A stretch of DNA of 64,000 nt from Oopsacas minuta (Eukaryota; Animalia; Porifera), in contig JAKMXF010000308.1 of assembly GCA_024704765.1 (NCBI GenBank), forward strand, positions 248,001 to 312,000. The letters run 5' to 3'. The position numbers were made by a program, and so were the translations under genes. The notes under the pieces are model-generated. The model did no database searches. It was not told where the DNA came from and saw only the letters and a list, made by a program, of their open reading frames with translations. This document shows positions 12,022-24,649 of this stretch, in pieces. How positions within the stretch are numbered: position 1 is the first letter of the stretch; every line of letters begins with the position of its first letter.

Positions 12022-13127
12022 TAATGAAATATATTATTATGTGGATCCATTTTAGATAACCTATTGGTTCTCTATTTCAAAATCATACACGATTGTTATT
12101 AGTCGCTTGCTGGAAACACGTATAATACTTTTCTTAGATTCAATGATGGTTTCTAACATACGATGATTATATAACAAATTGATTCTAACAAGCCTGACTC
12201 GAACAAGTTTGAGTTGTGTAAGAAAATTCACACATTCTACGAATTTATGACATAATTGTCATATTTTTCGATTTTCGAAAAACAATTTTTAGCCACTACT
12301 TAGCCAATATGTACACGAGAAAAGTTTGAAATTGAATCATAGGTACTCATCAATGTGCTCAATGTTCTGAAAGGTTTTTCCAACTTAAGAATATAGGACA
12401 TGTTTACCTCTAAATTTTGAAGGATGTAAATATACAAAAAGTCATAGATTTCCATGTTTATACTCGTGTTGAAAACAAAGTTTTATCTAGACAAAAGAAC
12501 TAATATTGTATTTCAACCAATAATATCCACGTACAGTAGAAACCGTTTTTCTTATTATTTCTTTGCAAGGAAAAAAAGTCCGGAAATACATAACTCTGAG
12601 CTGCACTACCAGTCTGTCGGCTGGACACATTTTTGTTCTATTATTGTCAATATTATACGTATTTTGAATCAAAATATGAATCATGATACTACGTAATACT
12701 ACTATAAGAAATTGGCCGTAAAATAGTTTTTGACACATCAAACTTAGTATAATTTGGGGGAAGTTGCACTAGTCAAAATTGTTTTACTGACAGCTGTCAC
12801 AAGGCTAATTGCAGAGATGCTGAGCCAATATATAAATGTCCCGCATTTCTGGACATGTCTTGAGGCTAATGTTCCGCAAACTAATCTGACCTGTGAAAAC
12901 TGCCCAAAAAACTATTCTAACTTGTGACAACTAGGAAAATAGTCTGGCTTGTAACAACTTCGAGATTCTGACAAGTGCATGCACCTCATAATTTGCACCT
13001 AAGCAATAGTTTACAAATCAACGTCGGGGTGGGGTCTGCAGTAAACTTCGATGTAAGAACTTACTTCATAGAGTGATTCTATCTCCAGCATGTTGTCTAC
13101 TTGTGAACAACTAATTTCCACTTAATT

Positions 13128-13302
13128 CAGTGGAACCTAGTAAATATGAACACCAACGGACGGGTAAATGTGTTCACCATTTTGGAGTAACCGAATTCGT
13201 TTTAACAGGAGTAATACCAATTGTATTTCCACTGTAAGGACTTGATTATGAGAAATTATTTGGACGTGTTATCTGGAAATTCGTATTAACGAGGTTCCAC
13301 TG
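13128..13302. mobile_element. pogo/Tigger-type MITE
   Basis: TIRs CAGTGGAACCT / AGGTTCCACTG, TA on the right flank. Confidence 0.75.
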
Positions 13303-13439
13303 TAATATTATTGCAGTAATTATTCATCAATATACTAAAACACAATTATTGCAGCAATTATTATACAATACACGTAAATACGTATGCTTTTAGAACTCAG
13401 AACACTTACCACTTGGAATCAACAGGCAAAGGCTAATGT

Positions 13440-13950
13440 GGTATCGTGCTCCTGACATCATTCGATATAAGCCAAAATGATGCTCAAGGGGATCATTTTG
13501 CAGAAATGAAGACAGTATATAGGAATATCCACTATTTTCAGTGAGATGGTTAACAATATACGGATATGCAAGGCAAGAGTGACGAAAACTGGTAAAGTTT
13601 GAAGCCTTAATTTATCATTTTTGTCAGGCATGGCCCGCCAACAATCTGCCCAATCAACTAAACGTTGGAGAAAACTAAATCTAGGATCATTGTTGGTTAG
13701 TGGAATGGAAAATTCATCTTTTAGAGGGATAACCTTATTAGGAGTGTTGATATTGAAGATCTTCCAAACCGTGCACATTATGCTAATAAAGTCTGCTGTC
13801 TGTGAATTTGTAGAAAGATGGTATCGCAATTGATGGTTAACATTCAATGCAGCGGCTGTTGATACATCAAATATCCTTAATGCTAAACTAACATTCTGTC
13901 TTTCAAATGTGGAAGGCCAACAAGCTAATTACTCCGACATTCGGGGCCGA
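13440..13950 (-). pseudogene. P-element/THAP9 transposase fragment (catalytic region)
   Basis: WKIFNINTPNK...LKDE...P....DPR..FL.....W...W followed by FLQNDPLEHHFGLYRM-like text; clearly homologous to ORF 30163-30543 of the full P element. Confidence 0.85.
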
Positions 13951-14173
13951 ACACTTGTTAGGCATGACAAGCTAATTGAAAGTATTATAAATTAATATAG
14001 ATAAGAAAAGGAGAAATCGAGAGGTAAACTAAAGAAATGTATATATAGTTAACTTCGGATTTTACTAAGGTGGATACAATAACGTGTATCTATAATATGA
14101 CTTATCAATAATCCTAATGTAACATATTTATGTGCTTCTCAAATGTAGCGCATGCGCTACTCACTTTAGAATA

Positions 14174-14337
14174 CAATGAAGTCTCCCCAAACGGACACTT
14201 TGAATAGCGGACAAACCTCGTGCCACGGATTGAACTTGCCAAGCATGTAATTAAATAATACTCAAGCAGTCTCCGAGGAGCGGACAATTCTCTACAACGG
14301 ACAGAAGCCATGTGCCCGTTATTCGGAGACTCCACTG
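14174..14337. mobile_element. pogo/Tigger-type MITE, family of 3040-3225
   Basis: TA|CAATGAAGTCTCC ... GGAGACTCCACTG|TA; reverse-complement similarity to 3040-3225. Confidence 0.85.
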
Positions 14338-14744
14338 TACCTCACTTTAGATATAGAAGGTAAGGCCATGTAAAGTATTATATTTGTCCTCATCCCCGCC
14401 AGCCCCAAATGTTATCCCCCGTCCGGAAAGATATTATTTGTATTTTTTCCAAATTTATGGATAATTCGAATCTGTATATTTTGATCGAATTTTTTGTAGA
14501 ACTTTGATCAAAAAGTTAGAATATTGAATTCGAATTTGATCAAAGTTCTACATCATCGGGGCAAATAGAACTTTGATAGAATGTATGTAAAATTTTGATC
14601 AATGTGTAGAAATTTGATCTGAAATCATCCCTTTGACCTCATTGTTAGATTATTACGATTGCAAATTTATTGTTAGATTCAAACGTGTGTCCCATCTTTG
14701 AACATCATTCCATAGGCTTAGATGCTCAGCTATATATTTTGGAG

Positions 14745-15208
14745 TTTTTACTGTGCCGACTATACTTTGGTATGCGGCTCAGTATTGATCTCAGTGCTTA
14801 TTTGTTTCCGTTTTCGTTCTCCAGCCCACACCGTTTATGATTAAGAGCCGAAAATAAGGGTTCAGTGTGAGTATGTGCGACTTATAGATTTTTACCTTGG
14901 TATACGATTTTTGATCTGACACGATTGCCACTTCTGTGCCACTTTTAATTTACCATTGAAATTGTATTAACTTCTAGAATTTTTTCTCTTTCGAAAGGTG
15001 TGAAAATTTTGGCACCTTTCCTTTCACAATTTTTAGCTAGAGGCCAGGCAAAAGTTTGACCAGTGTGAAATAGTGGCACTTGGCGTCCGATCAATTAGCA
15101 AAGGGGAAAGACACACCCGACGAATACCTTCATTATTTCTCACACCATATATCACCTTAATTCTATCCAGTTTTGGCTGCAGAGTTTTCACGGAGAAATA
15201 CAAAAATA

Positions 15209-15288
<80 letters not shown>

Positions 15289-15355
15289 TAATAATAATAT
15301 AGGCAACCATTTCAATACTAAACCACTATACCGAAGTATAGTCGCACAGTAAAAA
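14745..15355. mobile_element. Non-autonomous element with ~30-bp inverted ends in T-rich flanks (Helentron/DINE-like?), containing a (TAA)n tract
   Basis: TTTTTACTGTGCCGACTATACTTTGGTAT (14745-14773) versus ATACCGAAGTATAGTCGCACAGTAAAAA (15328-15355); no clear TSD. Confidence 0.55.
15211..15298. repeat. (TAA)n microsatellite, about 29 units
   Basis: Read directly; one TGA interruption. Confidence 0.98.
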
Positions 15356-15529
15356 TGTCAAAATCTCATATTGTGCCCCTACACTCCGTATTTCCAATAT
15401 ATTTTGTTAAATTCTCAATATATGTGACCTATCTGATAGGGTGGGGCATTTACCACTCTCCTAGCCTAAGCTGTGAATATTGTATCATACATCTCACAAT
15501 CTTTGTTTTTGTGATAATTATTATGAATT

Positions 15530-16000
15530 TATTCCTTCCTGGCATATATTTAGCAAAATATTTTTAGTACAGCTCTTGTAGGGAGTTGCCCTAATGGCAT
15601 GGACGATGTGCGACGTGCGTCCCCGCGGCAGTGCAAAATCTAGAAGTCCAATTAAGATGAAAATTGGCTTACATATACATTTTGGGTCGGAGATTTGCAC
15701 CTCGGGTATGAATTTTTCTAAAGTGAATATTTTCACACCTTTCTATGTAAGATACAAAAGCAATCTAGAGATTTTCGTTTTAACTGCTAATAAGGGTAAT
15801 CGAGGGTGTAGATTTCAATTTTGACATTTTAAAATCTATATTTACAATATTTTCACACCTTTGTACATATATTTCAAATTTTAAATCGAGTCAAGTGCTG
15901 TGCATTGTGGCATTACATGGGGGGGTCAGGGGGTGCCCCTCCTGAAAAAAAACAAAATACATAACCCTGAGCTGCACTACCAGTCTGTAGGCTGGACATT
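15530..16000 (+). repeat. Dispersed repeat, copy B (homolog of 2320-2950)
   Basis: Reverse-complement similarity to 2320-2950 across several blocks, including the GC-rich GGGGGTCAGGGGGTGCCCCTCCTG module. Confidence 0.75.
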
Positions 16001-16502
16001 TTTATCAATGGCTCTAGGTAATCAGGATGGGAAATATGAATATTGTCGTGTCGTGGAGCACGACAATTTTCGATCAAAGTTCTACACAAAATTCGATCAA
16101 AATATACATATTCGATAATTCTTTGGTCGCAGAGTGTACAATCCACATTTTACTAGGTGTATAGTTGAAAAATTCAATATGTTTAATGCCCAGAGAGAAC
16201 GTGACGAGATATTAGAGGTTGCACTGTATTTATACTTACCAAGTCAACTATTTTATAACTGAGCCACTACACTATGCAGGCGATAATTATATCATAACCC
16301 AATATTAGGTGTGAATATTTTTGTTCTAAACTAGAAATTTCCTGATGCATGCATAGACTATCCCTATACACATCAAAACATGCTGTCTTAAATGTTCTAA
16401 AATATAGAAAGCTAAATTTCGGTTAATAAAATATTTAATTCAAGATTCAAACCGAGATACTGAAATGAGTCAAAAGTTACATTTGGCTCAACCAGTAGCA
16501 AA

Positions 16503-16612
16503 CTGGAATAAAGATTATTCGATTCTCTATTGAACAAGCTGGAATAAAGATTATTCGATTCTCTATTGAACAAGCTGGAATAAAGATTATTCGATTCTCT
16601 ATTGAACAAGCT
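16503..16612. repeat. Perfect tandem repeat, 3 x 36 bp
   Basis: Unit CTGGAATAAAGATTATTCGATTCTCTATTGAACAAG at 16503, 16539 and 16575, identical, with no spacers. Confidence 0.97.
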
Positions 16613-19377
16613 TTCAAATGTAACCAGTGGCATGGCAGTATACGCAACCCAACGCATCGGAATTAGGTAACAGACAAACTGAGGTCGGACAGGGAAACAA
16701 TTTGATGGAAGACTGAATGACAATATAAATTCTTAGTGCTTATAATCTGTATGCACATCACATTTACATACAAATTAATTGCGTTTTAATAGTATAGATT
16801 ATATCACAATAATCACATACAGTACCTACCAGACAATCCGCCAAACAGATTATTGCACAAGAATTTTCGTATACCAACTCATTTGTACAATGCGTAATAC
16901 ATATATAACAGTATTATGGATCATCCGTAACAGAATTGGCTGTGCCATTTACGGCGGAGTATCCCCAGATAGTCTTCTAATTCTTAAAACATTGTATTTA
17001 CCATCTTTCTCTACGTTCTCTTGTTAGCATTTCTTATACTATTAAGCTAGGCAAATACTCATCATATGATTATATATATTTAGAACATCTACGTGACGTC
17101 TATTACATAACATATACTAAAGTTAGAGTGATAATTATATATAGGAAGTTCTCTACTTAAAATGAAAAAGTATAGGAAATTAATGCTCACTACTGGGCAT
17201 AGTGGGGCAAAGTGGGTATAATATAGAGTCGATTATAGCCCATGTAAATTGTAAAGTAATATATTTGTTTGTCATCCCCTCCAGGCTTAACATTCTTTGG
17301 AGCTTTTTCATGTGACGTGTAATACCTAAGCGAAAAGTAATTCAATTCGGATTTTCAACTGACAATTCGACAAATCACATGCAGCACACCAGACACGACT
17401 TTCAGTCTTCATCATCTTCCTGCCTACCACGAAAAACATGGATCGTTACCTACGTTAAATGATAAGGCCTTTTCACTGGAGTAAAAATTTGACTATGGAT
17501 GTCGGTGAAGGCCATTGATTTTTATTAGGAATAATGATGTATTAGGCTCCAAATGTCTATTATATACCCTGATAGACTCCAAATACATTCATTTTAATTT
17601 GGTGCAACGCTCTTACGAACACCACAGCATACATATGACGAACAGCAAGTTTGGTGATACGTAGTATAGTACACATAGTTGCATAAAAGTCATGTAAAGT
17701 GTAATATAAATTACTCAATACTTGTCGCTTCCGTTGGCCAACTCCTCTTGAATCTAAAACGATGTTATGTAGTAGGTTTTGAAAATATTCGAAATTTCAT
17801 TGCATTGTACATAATGACTATTTAAACGCGGTTACTATTTTGGTTAGGGGGCATCTGTATGTTCAAAATGGCGTATACTGTTTAATGGTGTATAATGTCG
17901 AATTTGATCAATCCAAACCCAATTATTCACAAATTAGACTAATTTTGCTAACCGTTTCTGTATATGCAGAACCATTTCTGCATTACACAGTATAAAATGC
18001 ACCAAAGTCGTAATATCCGATGTGATTTGAATGCATCAGGCATAGAAAAAGTTTCGTTATCTAGCATGTAGTTGTACCCGAAGTATGGTGTGTAGAAAAT
18101 GGGCTAGAGAAAAGTGTCGTTATCAATGATTTGTCAAGAAAACCGATGTCTTTAAAACTGAAGTTTAATGTAAAAAGGATAAAAATGATAAAACAGGAGG
18201 TTACTAATGCTGGTCAAACCAGCCTTTTGGACCAGCATTCGGCTAGTCACTTGGGGTCTATGGGAACGGGTGGTGAGTACGTAAATGTTCTGTTTCAATA
18301 AATCGAATGTACAAAGGTTGACTCACAAAAGAATATAAAAATTATGGGTTACTAAGAAATTGTTTTTATAAGCCTTCAACGACATCCATGGTCCCTAAAT
18401 CGCACAAGAACAATTTCTAAGTTCACGATTTGGATGAAACCATTTCAATATCAATAGTCTGATGATATACTGGTCAATTATAGGAATTTCTACTGTTTCA
18501 TTTCTGGTTCTGAGAAGCAATCAGGTTGACACTGACCTATGCGAAAATTATAATAAATCAACAAGCAAAATAAAGTTTCTTGCTTGAAAGCATGAGGAAT
18601 TAAGAATATAATTATTACCTGGTTTTGACCATGTTGGTATATCTGATTAAATCAATTTAAATGATTCACCTCTGATAGGCATACTTTCTCGATGTTTAAT
18701 GTAATGAAGCTGATATCTTCTTTCTCAGAGATTTTTCGTTTTTGGGTAAATATTATCAAATCCAGTTTGTGAAGTTAGCTTTTCAGCCATTTCCAAAATG
18801 AAATTATCTAACGAATGGTGTAAGTTTTATATATCTTACTTCTATACATTATATACGCACCAGCATTCCAATGACCACTTGTCATAATGTGGTTACCAAA
18901 CTTATCTAATCACATTCAATTCAACACTTTTGTAACGACACTCATTTGGGCAAGCAAAAAGGTCGTTATAACGATGTGTCGGTAAATCAGAAGTTGATAG
19001 TGAATATGTTTAAATTACAGATTATGATCAATCACAAGGTTATTTACATTATTTGCACTATTATTGTTGTCTGTTGGTCTCTGTCCTTATACTTGCTAGG
19101 TTAATCGAACCTAATTTTTACACTTTTGAAAGTTATCATGAATGTAAAGTAAATTTCATTGAAATCTCACTACATATAAAGGAACTGGTAATTTATAAGT
19201 TGCTTTCATGACATAAAAATTTCTAAATAATTAAAGAAAGAAATTAACTTAACAAATGAACTCGTTTTATAGTATATTATAATTAATAAATCGATTCAGA
19301 ATTCAGATTACTACAGACAAGTAAATTATTATTGAACTTTTCATTATTCTATAGTTAACTATTCACTTTTTGAAGTA

Positions 19378-19535
19378 CGGTATACTCCGCTTAATAGAGC
19401 ACCTGTTAATAGGGTCACTTGGCCAGATACAGAACTATGCAAATAGTGTTACATTGCTCAGGTCCGTAGTGCCAAATCGGCCAATCGTGTCAAAATGGCT
19501 TGGTCCAGAGTGACTCTATTAAGCAGAGTCTACTG
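19378..19535. mobile_element. pogo/Tigger-type MITE
   Basis: TA|CGGTATACTCCGCTTAATAG ... CTATTAAGCAGAGTCTACTG|TA. Confidence 0.75.
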
Positions 19536-21117
19536 TACATTTACTATTCTCACTACATCACCAAAAGTAAACAATAGGTATTTCAAGGAACCGTTGTGCT
19601 AAACAAACGGAGAATCATAATTGAAACCACACTGCTTCTGGGTATGCAATTTCAATTTAGTATGGTCAAGTTATCCTACGTATTTAACCATTGAAAACAA
19701 GTCTTCACAATTACAAATGAATTTCAATATATATTTTTACTGTAGCGACTATACTATACAGTGGTACCTGCCTTGTACGACCACCTGGCGTTCCGACAAA
19801 TGTGGTCGTAAAAGACAGGTAGTCGTTGATCACAGGTTGCTATAGCCGAATGTTTTTTTATTTATACATTAACTATCTATCAATTCAATGTGCACAAATG
19901 TAATACTACAATGTTGCGAGTCAATATACTGGAAATATTTTCATTTTATCTACTAATACTAATTATGTTTGTTTTGTTTGTATCAACTATCCAGTGCACT
20001 TTGAATTTAAATAAATATAAAGGTTGTCATAATGATCATGTAAATATTGATTCATTACTGACGAAATATTGTATAAGTAATTGTTTTATAGATTTATGGT
20101 CGTTGGTTACAGGTAAATTTGACCTGGAACTGAAAAAATCGTGGTCGTTGGTCGCGTTCTACAAATAGTCGCTCATCGCAGGTCGAAATTTCAATTGCTT
20201 GGTAGTTTTCGAAGGTCAGAAGAGTTCACTGTTAAACAACAACAACAACAAGTACTTAGTACAGTTACTTTAGGAATGTGTATAATTTAAAATCATATTC
20301 TTGATCTATTAAAATACCTACAGTATGTGCGATAATTATTTAGAATGTTTTAACAGTAAGTTCTGCAAGACTCCAACTGTGTTTTATTAGAAATTTTGTC
20401 CCAAAATATTCAATATATATCTAAAAGTCGTCTTAAATTTGTTTCTTGATATATAACATTATCCATCGTTATCCCCCATTGGCATTGAACCCAAAAGTCC
20501 TCCGATAAATTTTTGGTGATATTTTTGATAGTTTGATTTTTTGCTGTATTTTGTATTCATGGGATCATTGGTGAAATTGGCAAACATATTTTGTTGAGCA
20601 TTTATTTCGGGGATATGAATATGTCAGTTAAAAACATATTTTTTAAAATTTTTATCAGCCTGAAATGGAAAATTATGCGTGTTGAAGGTTGTGCTAGTGT
20701 GAGTTGTTGTCATAAGCATATTACAAAAATATCGGTCAAAATACGCCTCTAGAGATTGATTTAGCTTAGATTCGTATGGAAGCTCAATCTGTATGTCGGG
20801 ATCTAGGCGCTAAATAGTATCTACAAAAGAATATACTAAATATGTTATCACATAATCATGACTTCATGTAAAATATTTCTAAGATAGATTATTATATATA
20901 TTCAATTGTGTAACATTTACAATATGAATGGTGGTTTTACACTATATATTTAGTGAGAGCCAATAGTATGTACTTTTGCCAATCATAAGCACCAAGAATA
21001 TTATTAAAAGCAAATTGTAAATAATTATCGCATATACTGTATTTACGTACAATCTAATTCCTCGGTTTACTCTGAAGTGCCAAGAACAGGAATCTTATCA
21101 GAATGGGTAGAATGAAT

Positions 21118-21450
21118 ACATTCCATAATCACATTGTCTATTAGGCATAGAACGCCTATCTAAGAACAATAGACATAGAGTAGGACTCGGACTAAATATG
21201 TCCAAAGTGTAAAGATCATCCCGATGTGATAATTTTAGATGGCATAGCGATGGGAACAATGAAATCGGTTCCAGAAATGGCTGCAAATTTCGATCAGGAT
21301 CAGCAATAGCCTATGATCCCAATTTCAGATAGTGTATTTATCCCGACACAGAAAGCAACTCCTTAAATACTATTCTAAAGGTTTGACATAAAATAATTTA
21401 AAAGACCGAAGTCTATTCATAAAGAAATGGCTGATTTTATTTTATTAAGT
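21118..21450 (+). pseudogene. Possible decayed KDZ/CxC-type (Zisupton/HMGXB3-like) transposase remnant
   Basis: A stop-interrupted frame reads NAYLRTIDIE*DSD*ICPKCKDHPDVIILDGIAMGT, recalling the C-x2-C-x3-P-x-hhh-DG motif I associate with KDZ-linked cysteine-cluster proteins. Motif-level recognition only. Confidence 0.35.
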
Positions 21451-22194
21451 TTCATTAGGACAGAAAATTTAGTGACTATATGTGAAGAATATATAAACGT
21501 TAAGAAAGTCATAAAACTCCTTTGCCATACATATCCAATATCAGGAGTATTAGAGACAGAACCAATTCTCTCTGCTGGAACCGAATGAACGAAAACCAAT
21601 AGCTCTTCTTGCCAATCGAAAATCAGCAAGTGAAGATCCTTAAGTTCAATATATCAGAAGACGTATACATTGGATATCTTATTCAATTCTATCAAACCTA
21701 ATAAAGATATCACGTGCACAGGGTTTGTCACTTTAATCCCAAAGTTTTCCCGCTGTTGAAAATAATCCTCAGAAAAATAGAAACTTTATTTCGTAGAGCG
21801 TCAAAAAATCAGTAGAATATTCTCCACAAATCAAAAACGATTACAATTATTTCCCAGCATTCACAACAAACTACATGTAAGTTAAAACTTGTATTTGTGT
21901 TTATACTGGAAATACGAATTGCTATTCAACGTTTTAAACTTTACCACTCTACTATACTTCTATAGGTTACCAGTATAGGAAAATCTAAAAGTTGAGTCAG
22001 CTGAAAAGTGTCTCAAAAGTTTCCAAATCACAAAAGGTTTTCTCCCGAAATAGTAGCAATCGCTGTAAACACAAGATTCGTTATGGTTTCCAAATCCTCA
22101 GACAAAACGAATCTACAGTTGTAATTTATAATTTGTTAATGACCATATTCAGAGAACAGCCAAAAGTGATTATCTACGAAAATGCTTACAACTT

Positions 22195-24153
22195 GGGATA
22201 CGGACAAATGACTACATGGACAAATGACTAGATGATAGTTGGGGAAATGGACACACAGACAACAAAGAACTTCAAGGGTGTCCTCTATTATTGAATTTAT
22301 TGAAAGAATACTTATTAATTGGTTCGGTTCATCTAAGGTGCTTCAGGTAACAATTCCACATAATAATGAATTGTTTCCGCATAACACTTAACAAATAGAC
22401 AAGACTAAAAATAGGCAGTTTGGCATAATATATATATACGTATACGTATACGTATAATCTATTTGCATATCTCTAAATTTGTTGGTATTATTTTGATGGC
22501 TGAGCCAAATACAGAACCAAGTCAGTTCAAGTTGATCAGATCGTCAACTATCCGAAAGGAGTGTTATAAACTTGTCGAAGGCGGTTTTATTATGATAAAC
22601 AGAGAGTAATTGGGGATGTTACACACTGGCAATGCGAGAAAATAAGGATATGTAAAGCAAGGCTCCATACTAAAATGAATGAAATTGTAAAGCGTACTGG
22701 AGAGCATCTTCATAGTCCAGACATATTGGCTGTCAATTGCTTAGAAGTGAAGGATAGAATGAAGCGTAAAGCTCGTCAAACACATGACACAACTCATCAT
22801 ATTCTTGGAGACGAACTGGAAATAATTACTGGTACAACGGCTGCAAAACTACCAAAACTTGATAGCATGAAGCGTACCATTCGTAGAGAAAGGCAGATAC
22901 GAGATATAGCTCCCGTTCAACCAGAAAGTCTTCATGATCTTGCCATTCCTCATGAGTTTACGATAACCGCTAAAGAGGAAAACTTTCTGTTATATGATTC
23001 CGGTCCTGAACTAACCAGAATTCTAATATTTGGGACCCAGAAGAACTGTGATATGCTAACATCATCCAATATTTGGCTAGCAGATGGAACTTTCAAAACA
23101 GCACCTCAACTTTTCGCTCAAGTATATACAATACACGCGTTACGTCGAGGTCCAAACCCTCTACAACATGGTCATCTTTTACCTTCCCTCTTTATACTAT
23201 TACTCAATAAGACCGAAGCAACATACACTCGAATGTGGGAACGTATCAGAATCCTTCGCCCTACAGCATCTCCAACAAGTATGATTATGGATTTTGAAAA
23301 GGCCGCAATCAATGCCTTTCAGATGGAATGGCCAACAACTACAGTAAAAGGCTGTTTCTTTCATTTCGCCCAAAATGTTTGGCTCAAAATTCAGGAATTA
23401 GGACTCCAAACAGACTATTCGAACGATGAACAATTAGCTCTTCGTCTAAGAATGCTTCCTGCACTTGCTTTTGCGCCTCCACTTGAAGTTCAAGAATTAT
23501 TCCCACAAGTAATAGAACAACTGGATATACCAGCTTCTCTTGAACTTGCATTGTATTTTGAGAATACCTACATAGGTCGAACAGTGCCCGGCGGAACACA
23601 GTTAGCACCATTATTTCCCATTGAGATGTGGAATCATCATCACGCTGTACCTCAGGGGATACCTCGTACAAACAATGCTGTAGAAGCATGGCACAGAGCC
23701 TATAATGTTACTATTGGTTGCCACCATCCGAATATATGGAAATGGATTATCGCAATCAGACGAGAACAAGGATTGGTTGGAGTAAAGCAGGCTAAATTTT
23801 TAGCGGGGGATAAGCCATCTAAAAGGACAAAGAATTCCGCTAATGAGGAGGGATTGACCAATCTTGTTCTTAGTTACTTTCACCGATCCCAAATGGAATT
23901 CCTCCAAGGGATTGCACTCAGATTCACTTTTGGAACAAATTAGGACGAGTTATAGGATATACTACTATGATATTCTATCATTCCTTATGCATCATTACTT
24001 CGTCTTTTGTTATTTTGACTTATTATTAAATTTAGCAGAATATATATACACATCACCTTAAATCAGTAGAAAACATGTATCTATATCACAAAGTACCAAA
24101 TTGTGATATTTATCATGTAGCCATTTGTCCATGTAGTCATTTGTCCGTATCCC
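22195..24153 (+). mobile_element. Near-intact Mutator-like element (MULE), 1959 bp
   Basis: TIRs GGGATACGGACAAATGACTACATGGACAAATG.CTA at both ends; perfect 9-bp TSD TTACAACTT (22186-22194, 24154-24162). Confidence 0.95.
22496..23943 (+). CDS. FLYWCH + MULE DDE transposase; true start probably ATG 22496, with a 1-bp frameshift near 22590 upstream of the 422-aa ORF
   Basis: MAEPNTEPSQFKLIRSS...GGF[I/shift]YDKQRVIGDVTHWQCEKIRICKARLHTKMNEIVKRTGEHLH forms a FLYWCH finger. Catalytic region: WLADGTFK, MDFEKAAINAF, GCFFHFAQ, RTNNAVEAWH. Confidence 0.9.
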
Positions 24154-24649
24154 TTACAACTTACAAAAAACATGTATGAAAAGTGCACTTAACAAATAGG
24201 GTATAAATGAAAAAAATTTTCAGATAGAAATGAATTGGGGAATTTTAATATAGGGACCCCAAAATATTTCGTAAGACAACATTCTGATTGATTGGACCAC
24301 AAGTGCAATCCCTGCTATTCTTCGAGATTAATTCACAATGACGAGATGAAAATGATAAACTCACAAATTAGCGAGCAGTTAATTTCATCACTAAGAAGGC
24401 CATGGTGCCTGTTAGAAAAGAATTACGACTTTACAATTCTGAAATAAGATTTTTTTAAGGGAGAAGATATTATTTGGACAGAATTTAATGACTTGACTCC
24501 AAGTAATACACCAGACTGAATGTTCGGGTAGGTGTTTGAAGATCTGGAATAGGTTTGTTTAAAACGATAATGGGTTGCTGAAACAGTTCATCGAATGAAT
24601 CATTACTAGTAACAACATCAGATTCTTGGTGTATTACATCTGTAGCAAA

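Noticed and set aside
16503-16612. 36-bp repeats as a CRISPR array
   Set aside because: The units are contiguous with no spacers, there are no cas genes, and the context is eukaryotic.
17445-18400. P-TIR-like fragment at about 17447 and a short inverted match at about 18371 as a P-derived MITE
   Set aside because: There is only ~22 bp of inverted similarity, no matching second terminus and no TSD.
18440-18810. Possible spliced pseudogene on the minus strand (…SDIPTWSKP|GQCQPDCF…)
   Set aside because: It has multiple stops and no family could be identified.
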